A DNA stretch of 64,000 nucleotides from Fibrobacteria bacterium (GTDB lineage Bacteria; Fibrobacterota; Fibrobacteria; UBA11236; JADFYW01): NCBI GenBank assembly GCA_050294405.1, contig JBNKOC010000012.1:512001-576000 (forward strand), in the 5' to 3' direction. The first letter of the stretch is position 1; the number at the start of each line of letters is the position of its first letter. The notes under the pieces were generated by a model. The model worked only from the letters and a program-made list of their open reading frames with translations, was not told where the DNA came from and did not search any database. Shown here in pieces: positions 19,574-27,700 of the stretch. The position numbers were made by a program, and so were the translations under genes.

Positions 19574-20587
19574 ATGGAAAGCTTTTTTAATGCTTACTGG
19601 ATGTTTTTGGGAAACCCTCTTTCTCATTTAAAGGGGTTTTTTGTGGAAATTATCCCCTTTTCTGTGGTGGAACCCCTGGTTTGGCTGGGTATTATCTGTT
19701 GCTGGATTGCCTTTTGGGAAACCCGGCGCTTTTTTAAAACTTCCAAAATTAACCGCAAGGGAAAGTTGCTTTTGTGGTGGCTGCTAGGCCCCTTTCTTTT
19801 GTTTTTACTGGCCTCGGGACAAAAAGCCATTCCCGGAAGTCCCGCTCCAACAGCTTTAAGACCGGCCCTTTGGAATCTGGTGAAAAGGCCGACTCTTGAA
19901 AAAGCAGATTTAGAGGCAAAAATCAAAATTTGGGAAGACAACTTGGCTGCTCTGTTTGATTCCAGCTCTTATGCCTCATTGCCTCTTGAAAAGATAATGG
20001 GGGACTGCAATCAGTTGATGGATTCAACTCTAATCAAAATGGGATACCCTTCTGGAAGAGAGGTGAAAAAAATTAAAAACATGTGGGGGATAACCCGGAT
20101 TATGGGGCTTAGCTATGGCGGGCCTGCTTTTCACGATCCCCTCACGGGTGAAATAGCCTGGGTTTCTCAGAAGGAATACCCCACTCCCAAAAGTTGGCGC
20201 ATCAAAGCGGCTTGCCATGAAATGGCCCATGCCAAAGGCTTTACCCGGGAAATGGACGCGGAAATTTTAACGGCTCTGGCTTTTTTATCAAGCTCCCAAA
20301 GTCTTTACCATTCTTTGGGTTACCTAATGCTTCTCGTAAAAAGCGGCGAGAAGTTTGAACTTCCCCAATATTTAAAACGGGAAGTTGTGAACATGGCCGA
20401 ACAGAGAAAAAAAGTAAGAGAAAAACAATGGCTGGTAAGGACACTTACTTTTATTAATAAAAAAATTGGACTGCAAAATTCGGGTGAAAAATATGGGGAA
20501 GTGGACAAACATAAAAAATGGAATCCGCAGCATCCTTTTTTTTCCAGTGTAATTGCCTATGGCCAAAAATGGAAAGTAAATTTGTAA
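19574..20587 (+). CDS. DUF3810-like membrane-anchored putative zinc metallopeptidase
   Basis: IPFSVVE TM region, DPLTGE, CHEMAHAKGFTREMDAE (HExxH...E). ATG 19574 preferred because TTG 19544 lies inside the palindrome. Confidence 0.7.
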   Translation: MESFFNAYWMFLGNPLSHLKGFFVEIIPFSVVEPLVWLGIICCWIAFWETRRFFKTSKINRKGKLLLWWLLGPFLLFLLASGQKAIPGSPAPTALRPALWNLVKRPTLEKADLEAKIKIWEDNLAALFDSSSYASLPLEKIMGDCNQLMDSTLIKMGYPSGREVKKIKNMWGITRIMGLSYGGPAFHDPLTGEIAWVSQKEYPTPKSWRIKAACHEMAHAKGFTREMDAEILTALAFLSSSQSLYHSLGYLMLLVKSGEKFELPQYLKREVVNMAEQRKKVREKQWLVRTLTFINKKIGLQNSGEKYGEVDKHKKWNPQHPFFSSVIAYGQKWKVNL

Positions 20588-21012
20588 CCGTGGCGAAATT
20601 TTTGGAAAACTCCGGGGACGAACCCAATGAAAAGCAGATGGAGCAGCTAAAATGGCTGGAGTCCCACAGTGTTCCAAATAAAGATAAAAATCGGGTACCC
20701 TCTGCCATACCCGGTCAAAAAAAAGAGAAAAAGCCTCTGCCTAAAAAATGGCATGCTGAGTTGGAAGTGGATGAGCAAATTGACCTTCACGGCTGCACCA
20801 TTGACGAGGCCCTGGCCCTGGCGGATGGTTTTTTAAATATGTGCAAGCGCAATGGGGCCAGGTCAGCCAGAATCATTCACGGTCACGGTAGAAAAAGCCC
20901 TGAATCTATCGCCTGGCAGCTCAAGCGAAAATTGAGTACGGAATGGAAGCACCGCTTTGAGTCTGTGCGGGCGGAGCCCTATAATTCCGGGGCCTTGATT
21001 CTGCGCTTTTAA
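20569..21012 (+). CDS. Smr/MutS2-domain protein
   Basis: IDLHGCTIDEA, RIIHGHG, NSGAL. ATG 20569 preferred. Confidence 0.85.
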   Translation: MESKFVTVAKFLENSGDEPNEKQMEQLKWLESHSVPNKDKNRVPSAIPGQKKEKKPLPKKWHAELEVDEQIDLHGCTIDEALALADGFLNMCKRNGARSARIIHGHGRKSPESIAWQLKRKLSTEWKHRFESVRAEPYNSGALILRF

Positions 21013-21077
21013 AAGGGATTTTTTGGCATATTTTTACTAAATTAGCCTCGTCTTTAAAACAAATTACGGGAAACAAG

Positions 21078-22451
21078 ATGGAATTTAAAAAGCAGATTTT
21101 ATGTATTGGAGCCGGATATGTTGGCGGCCCAACCATGGCTATGATTGCCGCAAAATGCCCCGACTACAAGGTGACTGTGGTGGACATCAACCAGGCACGC
21201 ATTGACGCCTGGAATTCAGACGATTTGCCCATTTACGAGCCTGGGCTTTTGGAAGTGGTTCAATCTGCCCGCGGGAAGAATTTGTTTTTTAGCACCGAAG
21301 TGGATAAAGGAATTAAAGAATCGGACATCATTTTTGTTGCAGTCCATACACCCACCAAATCCTTTGGGCATGGCGCGGGCCAGGCGGCAGACTTGCAATA
21401 TTGGGAAAAAACAGCCCATCAAATTGTGGCCAACTCTGAAAGCGATAAAATTATTATTGAAAAATCCACTTTGCCTGTGCGCACCGCTGAAGCTATGGAA
21501 CGCATATTAATGTCCAACGAAAAGGGCGTGCACTTCGATGTTATTTCCAACCCAGAATTTTTAGCTGAGGGTACAGCTGTTGCCGACTTGGAAGATCCAG
21601 ACAGGGTTTTGATTGGCTCCCGGGAAACCCCTCGTGGTTTAAAAGCCCGGCAGGATGTGGTGGATGTATACGCCAACTGGGTTCCCAAAGAAAAAATTAT
21701 TGAATCCAATGTGTGGAGCGCCGAGCTTTCCAAACTCATCGCCAACGCCTTTTTGGCCCAGAGAATTTCTTCTATCAACTCTGTTTCGGCTTTATGTGAA
21801 AAAACAGAAGCCGATGTTAAAGAAGTGGCCTATGCCATCGGTAAGGATACTCGTATTGGGGCTAAATTTTTAAATGCCTCTGTGGGTTTTGGCGGTTCCT
21901 GTTTTAAGAAAGATATTTTGAATCTGGTATATATTTGCCGTTCTTATGGCTTAGCCGAAGTGGCCGATTATTGGGAATCGGTAGTTAAGATTAACGAATG
22001 GCAGGAAAAACGCTTTGTGCATACCATGATAAGCAATATGTTTAACACCGTGGCCGGCAAAAAAATCGCCGTTCTGGGTTTTGCGTTTAAAGCGGATACT
22101 GGCGACACCCGTGAATCTCCAGCGATTTTGGTATGTAAAGAGCTTATTGAAGAAAGAGCCAATGTGGTTATATCCGACCCCAAAGCCATTAAAAATGCCA
22201 AGTTGGACTTGGCGGGCTTGGATGGCGTCAGTTATGAAGCGGATCCCTACAAAGCGGCACAAGGCGCTCATGCTATTGCTATTTTAACGGAATGGAAAGA
22301 GTATAAAACATTGGATTACAGCAAAATTTTTGCTGCAGCGCAAAAACCAGCCTTCTTGTTTGATGGCCGAAACATATTAAACCACCGGGAATTGTTTGAT
22401 ATAGGTTTTAATGTTTTCCCCATTGGAAAACCGGCCTTAAAACATTTCTAG
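21078..22451 (+). CDS. ugd: UDP-glucose 6-dehydrogenase
   Basis: CIGAGYVGGPT, EKSTLPV, SNPEFLAEG, ELSKL.ANAFLAQRISSIN, GFGGSCF, LGFAFK. Confidence 0.96.
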   Translation: MEFKKQILCIGAGYVGGPTMAMIAAKCPDYKVTVVDINQARIDAWNSDDLPIYEPGLLEVVQSARGKNLFFSTEVDKGIKESDIIFVAVHTPTKSFGHGAGQAADLQYWEKTAHQIVANSESDKIIIEKSTLPVRTAEAMERILMSNEKGVHFDVISNPEFLAEGTAVADLEDPDRVLIGSRETPRGLKARQDVVDVYANWVPKEKIIESNVWSAELSKLIANAFLAQRISSINSVSALCEKTEADVKEVAYAIGKDTRIGAKFLNASVGFGGSCFKKDILNLVYICRSYGLAEVADYWESVVKINEWQEKRFVHTMISNMFNTVAGKKIAVLGFAFKADTGDTRESPAILVCKELIEERANVVISDPKAIKNAKLDLAGLDGVSYEADPYKAAQGAHAIAILTEWKEYKTLDYSKIFAAAQKPAFLFDGRNILNHRELFDIGFNVFPIGKPALKHF

Positions 22452-22470
22452 ATCGAATATGTCCTATGCT

Positions 22471-22504
22471 TGATTGGCCTATCTTTGTGAATGTTAGCCA
22501 ATCA
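22471..22504. terminator. imperfect inverted repeat between convergent ugd and SRAP genes
   Basis: TGATTGGCCTA...TAGCCAATCA. Confidence 0.4.
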
Positions 22505-22508
22505 GCCT

Positions 22509-23288
22509 TTAAAACCAATCATAATTAAATTTGGATTTTTCTTTTTCATCCAAAGGTTCCAGTAATTCTTCAGAATTATTGTCGCCCTTGTTTATAGCTG
22601 GACTTATAGGTATGGCATACAATTCTTCCGCCGGAGTTTCTGTAAGAAGTTCAGCAAGGTTTGCTGGATTTTTTTCCCGGGGATCTATCCAATGTTCCGC
22701 AGTTTTAAAGTCTCTAAACATTATTGGACTTCTTTCATAGGGAAGTTTTTCCAGTAATTCATTGGAGCCACCTGTAATGAGGTTACAGGAGTTGAAAATC
22801 TTTCCCTCATCATCTACTCTATAATCCCAAATAGCGGCAAAGAAAAAGGGCTCATCATTTTTAAACCGAATGTAATGAGGTATTTTGTCTTTGGTTTTAT
22901 CTCGAATGTCATCATCCGGCCATTCCACAAATCCAGAGGCTGGAATAAGAGCCCGCTGGTTTTTCAGCAACTTTGTCCAATAGGGTTTTTTACTTAACAA
23001 AGTTTCTTTTTTCGTATTAAAATGGGTTTTAAATTTTGTCCCCCTGGGGAAAGCAAATGATTTTGAACCATCGGCCCGGTCTTTAAATATTATCTCTGAA
23101 AATGGATATATCAGCCACCAATGAAACATGCGCCATTCTTTTTCTCCGGGTTGCCGAGATATAATTGTGGGAACATAACTTGTGGGCTTAATGTTATAAG
23201 AAGGCTTTGGCCAATCTTCCAGGTTAGGAACACCAAAAGCTTGCACCATGTTTTTTAAAGAAGAGGTTCTGGAAAAAGTTCCGCTCAT
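22509..23288 (-). CDS. SRAP (YedK/HMCES) family protein with non-canonical active site
   Basis: PSYNIKPT, MFHWWLIYP, FNTKKETL, RALIPASGFVEW, PFFFAAIWD, ERSPIM. N-terminus is MSGTF rather than MCGRF; ATG 23288. Confidence 0.85.
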   Translation of the reverse strand: MSGTFSRTSSLKNMVQAFGVPNLEDWPKPSYNIKPTSYVPTIISRQPGEKEWRMFHWWLIYPFSEIIFKDRADGSKSFAFPRGTKFKTHFNTKKETLLSKKPYWTKLLKNQRALIPASGFVEWPDDDIRDKTKDKIPHYIRFKNDEPFFFAAIWDYRVDDEGKIFNSCNLITGGSNELLEKLPYERSPIMFRDFKTAEHWIDPREKNPANLAELLTETPAEELYAIPISPAINKGDNNSEELLEPLDEKEKSKFNYDWF

Positions 23289-23432
23289 ATTAAAAGTATA
23301 GAATTTTTGCAAATTTCTAAGAAGTTTGATTTTGCCTTTGTTTTATTTAATCCTATAAAAACTCAAATTGTTCAAAATCAGGCGAGCTTTCTCAAATTTG
23401 ATGGTTATGCGGGGGATTTTTAAATTCCTAGC

Positions 23433-23861
23433 ATGCAACTATGGGTTGGAAAAATAAAGCTGCTGGCAGGCTTAATTATCAGCCTTAGCTTTACGGTCAA
23501 TGTATCTGTTATTTCTGTTTACGAAGTTTTTAATTTAGCTCACAGCCATAGCCAGCAAGAACCCGCTAAGCTTGTAAAATGTATGCATCACCAGAAAGGT
23601 TGCCCCAAAAGCTGCATATGTCCCAAACTAATGGAAGATGAGGAGCATAAACATCCTTATTACCAAAATTTCAGGAAACAAGTTTCCTATAGCTCCTGTG
23701 AAAATCATCCTGCACAATCCGAATTGCTATCCTTTCCCCATGTAATTGATGGCCAATTAAGTATTCAATTTCGCCCTTGTGCCGCAAGGTTTGAAATATG
23801 GGAAAATGCAGCCGTTCCCATATACATAAGCAAAACGCCCTTTAAAGTTCCCATAGTTTAA
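23433..23861 (+). CDS. His/Cys-rich small exported protein, possible DUF2946/CruR-like metal-sensing leader
   Basis: N-terminal hydrophobic helix, HSH, CMHHQKGCPKSCIC, HKH, Pro-containing C-terminus PFKVPIV-stop; first of three co-directional genes. Confidence 0.55.
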   Translation: MQLWVGKIKLLAGLIISLSFTVNVSVISVYEVFNLAHSHSQQEPAKLVKCMHHQKGCPKSCICPKLMEDEEHKHPYYQNFRKQVSYSSCENHPAQSELLSFPHVIDGQLSIQFRPCAARFEIWENAAVPIYISKTPFKVPIV

Positions 23862-23942
23862 ATTGCTAGGGCCTTTCGGTCCATAATGGCCTGTCCTAAA
23901 ATCAAGGACCTTAAACTTACATATAAACCGCATTTAAACGCT

Positions 23943-23974
23943 AGCGTCGCTAAATAGCGTATTTATTCGACGCT
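23943..23974 (+). promoter_or_regulatory. intergenic stem-loop just upstream of the RBS of the His-rich lipoprotein gene
   Basis: AGCGTCG-C-TAAATA-GCG-TATTTA-TT-CGACGCT, followed by TT and RBS AAGGAGA at 23994-24000. Confidence 0.5.
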
Positions 23975-24004
23975 TTAAACCAATTGAATTTTAAAGGAGA
24001 AATA

Positions 24005-24469
24005 ATGATTTCAAAACTTTTATCAGTCTGCCTTACTCCAATTAGCTTTTTATTATGCCTGGTGTTTTTATCTTCCTGTTTATTCGGGGGACATGATCAC
24101 GGTGACCACGACCATCACGAAAGCACTCATAGCGAATCGGGCGCACAAATATTTTCCGACAACGGAGATTTTTCGGTTATCATAAGTTACGATAACCGGC
24201 CCATCATTTCCGGAGAAAATAGTATTGAATTAACATTAAAAAATAGCCAGGCAGAAAAGCTGGCACTTGCCACCATAAGCGCATCAACCTGGATGCCTAT
24301 GCATAACCACGGAAGTTCTCCTGACCCCGTTGTAGAAGATTTGGGTAATGGAGAATATTCCATAAGCAGAATAAATTTTACTATGGATGGACGGTGGAAG
24401 TTGATTCTTAATATTGAGGTAGGTGATTTATCCGATGTTATAACCATACCTTTTACTGTGGAACCTTAA
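24005..24469 (+). CDS. His-rich lipoprotein with YtkA/FixH-like domain (putative metal chaperone)
   Basis: Lipobox FLSSC, HDHGDHDHHESTH, WMPMHNHGS...GNGEY...FTMDGRWKL; SD AAGGAGA before ATG 24005. Confidence 0.75.
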   Translation: MISKLLSVCLTPISFLLCLVFLSSCLFGGHDHGDHDHHESTHSESGAQIFSDNGDFSVIISYDNRPIISGENSIELTLKNSQAEKLALATISASTWMPMHNHGSSPDPVVEDLGNGEYSISRINFTMDGRWKLILNIEVGDLSDVITIPFTVEP

Positions 24470-24471
24470 GC

Positions 24472-25437
24472 GTGAATAGATTTAAAATAGCCTTTGCGCT
24501 TATGGCTGGTTTGTTTTTTAGCTGCCCTAATGTTTTAGATGCGCAGTCTTGTTGTGTGGCGACTGGTAATTACAACTTAAATTCCGTGGGTAGGTGCCAA
24601 AAAGGAGTTTTGGCAAGTAAACTGGAATATGGCCATTCTATGGGAAGTTTCGATTCAGATGGAACTTTTCAATGGGATAATCGCGCCTCCCAATCCAGCT
24701 GGACCCAATACATTGGCGCTGGCTATGCTTTTTTATATCCCCACTTGGAAATGGGATTTAATATACCTGTGGTTTTAAGTCAAAACCGGAAAATTTCTGA
24801 AGAAGATCATTACAGTTATATGTTAAAGGGAGATATAAACTTAAGCGCAAATTTAATTGTATTAAATGATCTTATGACCGGAATTTTTTCTTTAAACGGG
24901 GAGAGCTGGAAGCCATTTATGAGCCTAAATGTGGGAGTGAAAATTCCCACTGGAATTTCCAGCCAATCCTCTCAAAACTGGAGCCAATCAGATGTTACCA
25001 GTAACGGCTACTTTCAGCTCAACACATCCCTTTTAGTGAGTAAATTTGTCACTCCAAAATGGGTTGTAGGATTAAATGCTAATTATAGCTTGGTTAAAGA
25101 AAAAACCATAGCGATTAGCTCCCGCCCCAATAAGATTAATCCCGGGGATATTTTTGGGGGAAGCCTTTCCCTAAGCTACATAAAAAACCTTTGGTGGTCT
25201 TTTTATGGATTTGCTTCCTTAAGCAAATCCACGGAAAATAAAATTAATGGGAGTTCAGAGCCGAATTCAGATAATTTCTCCAGTCTTTTTGGGTTATCCA
25301 TCACCAGAAGCGTGGTGGTTCCCTTTTGGCAACTTCAATTGGGAGTAGAAACAAACCCTTGGTTTGATGGCTTTGGGAAAAACAAAAGCTTTTCTGGCTA
25401 TAAAACTAACATAACATTGCGGAGAAATTTTATATAA
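24472..25437 (+). CDS. putative outer-membrane beta-barrel transporter
   Basis: Signal peptide then QSCC; KGDINL, GVKIPTG, TSNGY, NPGD and amphipathic strands recall MetA-pathway/phenol-degradation-type barrels; aromatic near the C-terminus. Confidence 0.55.
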   Translation: MNRFKIAFALMAGLFFSCPNVLDAQSCCVATGNYNLNSVGRCQKGVLASKLEYGHSMGSFDSDGTFQWDNRASQSSWTQYIGAGYAFLYPHLEMGFNIPVVLSQNRKISEEDHYSYMLKGDINLSANLIVLNDLMTGIFSLNGESWKPFMSLNVGVKIPTGISSQSSQNWSQSDVTSNGYFQLNTSLLVSKFVTPKWVVGLNANYSLVKEKTIAISSRPNKINPGDIFGGSLSLSYIKNLWWSFYGFASLSKSTENKINGSSEPNSDNFSSLFGLSITRSVVVPFWQLQLGVETNPWFDGFGKNKSFSGYKTNITLRRNFI

Positions 25438-25442
25438 AAAAA

Positions 25443-25465
25443 GGAACCCACAATATGTGGGTTCC
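25443..25465. terminator. intrinsic terminator between convergent genes
   Basis: GGAACCCACA-ATA-TGTGGGTTCC with an A7 run on the left (U-tract on the minus strand). Confidence 0.8.
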
Positions 25466-25487
25466 AAATTAAAAAGTTAGGAAATAA

Positions 25488-26741
25488 CTAATGGGTTACA
25501 TTAATAGCCTGGGAAATGTTTCCACTCTTAACAATATAATTTCCAGCTTTTAAAACCTGGTTTATAGTTTCTTTAATCCCTGAATTGCCTGCATTAAACG
25601 AAGCAATTTCTCTCCCCTGTAAATCAAATATTTTCAATCCATTTTCATTATTCATTAAGGCATCAATGTTGATTTTTTGTTTTCTCATTGTGGAAATGGG
25701 GCCATCACCAAGTAAGTCAGGATAGTCATTTGGTGGTTCTGGGTTATCTGCCACATAGTCCATTAGCCAGGTCATAGCAGGCCTTGGTGTGCCATTATCC
25801 TGGATTAGCCCTGAATTGCTGACCCAGGTTTGACCCATAACATATCCCCAAATGGTAATACCTGCAATTTTGGGATGGTTCCAAAACATGGTCATTTTAT
25901 CTTCCATTTTAGAACGTTGTGATTCATCATTGCCATCCGGAATATCAAATTCAGTTATAAACATGGGCAAACCGGTTTCACTGGTTATCCTATCAATGTT
26001 GCTTTTCAAGGTACTGGTATTTACTCTATGGGCATCGTGTGCCTGGGCGCCAATGGCATCAATGGGGGCACCCTCATTAATTAGAGTTTTTACCATATCG
26101 ATGACCCAGTTTAATTCGTTGTTCCATTCGATAATATTAAAATCATTGTAAATAAGAATGGCATCGGGCCAGCGCTCTCTCGCCATTTCAAAGGCTTTAA
26201 TAATCCAATCGTGACCGGAGCTTCCGTTACCCCCTAGTGCGTCATCAAAGGGAGGAACAGCGTGATTGGGATGGGCTTCGTTAACCACGTCAATCATAGG
26301 TATGTGATCGTAGCGTTCTTTGGCCAAATCAAACCATTCTTCAATTTCTTCCAATTGTTCCTGTTGGGATAAACTCGTCATCCAGTTTGGATATTGGCTC
26401 CCCCAAATCAAGGTGTGGAATTTCCATGGAATACCTTCGGCTTCTGCAAAATCCCGAATAGCATCTCCTCCGCGCCAACTCATTTGATCTCGGGAGCGTT
26501 CTACAGAGCCCCATTTGTGCTCATTTTCTCCGGTAATTTGATTCCAATAATCCATATAATCACTTCGGACCTGGCCTCGAGAAGTAATATTGCCCAAAAA
26601 TTTGCTGGAATTTTCTGCTGGCTGAGATTGCACAAATTCAGTTGTCAACATAGCCATAAATACCGACGCAGCGGAATAGATGGGCTTGTTGATTCGAAAT
26701 AACTTATTGAACAAAGAATTTAACTTATGAATTGGATTCAT
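25488..26741 (-). CDS. GH10 endo-1,4-beta-xylanase with C-terminal sorting-type domain
   Basis: WNQITGENEHKW, KFHTLIWGSQ, DVVNEA (acid/base), IGAQAH, ITEFDI (nucleophile), ITIWG; tail IFDLQGR...GNYIVK. Confidence 0.92.
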   Translation of the reverse strand: MNPIHKLNSLFNKLFRINKPIYSAASVFMAMLTTEFVQSQPAENSSKFLGNITSRGQVRSDYMDYWNQITGENEHKWGSVERSRDQMSWRGGDAIRDFAEAEGIPWKFHTLIWGSQYPNWMTSLSQQEQLEEIEEWFDLAKERYDHIPMIDVVNEAHPNHAVPPFDDALGGNGSSGHDWIIKAFEMARERWPDAILIYNDFNIIEWNNELNWVIDMVKTLINEGAPIDAIGAQAHDAHRVNTSTLKSNIDRITSETGLPMFITEFDIPDGNDESQRSKMEDKMTMFWNHPKIAGITIWGYVMGQTWVSNSGLIQDNGTPRPAMTWLMDYVADNPEPPNDYPDLLGDGPISTMRKQKINIDALMNNENGLKIFDLQGREIASFNAGNSGIKETINQVLKAGNYIVKSGNISQAINVTH

Positions 26742-27700
26742 TTGACCCCCGGTATTTATTATGTCCCCACAATTAATTTACCCCATTTTTTAAGATACGC
26801 TTACAAATTTTTACCTGGGAGAAATACAAAATGGCTCATTGTCAAAATAGGATGACATTTTTTAAAGCCTTAGATCACATGAGGTTTGGGCTTTTTTAGC
26901 TCGAAGCAAATAGTCTGGGGTGAAAAAAGAATTTTTGCCTTAAAATGATGAAAAAAGAACAAAGTAGGAATGAAAAATTCCAAACTGGAATAGGGTTCAG
27001 ATGCAAAAATTGCCGTGTGCTCCAAGCCTCCTTTTTACGGTTTTGTCTAAAGATTTAGTTTACCGCGGTATTTGTGGACCTATTTGCTCCATATTTCCGG
27101 TTTTCAAAAAAAATTAGGCTTTTCATACTCCTATTTTATACATGAAAATCCTCCAAAAAGGCATCATGGCTAAATATTCTTTTCGCACTAAACTCTGTTT
27201 TTTTAGGCGATGAAATCATGTCTCGGGATGGGTAAAAAAGGACCTTGTAAACGCTTTAAATTACCTGGTGCATTGCTTGTAAAGCGGTCACAATAATGCA
27301 GTTCCTTTCTTGTTAATATGCTTCATGATTTTAAACCACATTTTACAGCTAAAATTTCGCAATCAGTTTAGAAATTTTGATGTTGTTATGGTGAAGTGCC
27401 CTCCGTCCTTGGTACAGGTAAAAAGGCAGCTCTGGCAGATCGTTAACATAAGCTATAATCCTGGTCAAATGGGTGTATTGATGGATTATTTGGAACAGAA
27501 ATTACCGAAAATTCGTACAAGAATATTTCTTAAACCAATTCAAACCCCATAACCACATTAATTCACTAATTAAAAGTAGAGGAAAATTTACTGTCAATTG
27601 AAAAATATTTGTTTTAATGCTACACGTTTTGGAACAAATTCATCATGGCTTTCGTCCTAACCAGTATGGAACGAACCAACTAATTTTTACCGGGGGCAAT

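Noticed and set aside
27310..27552. 80-aa ORF in the xylanase-GH8 intergenic region
   Set aside because: TTG start, no RBS and no recognisable features; cannot be supported.
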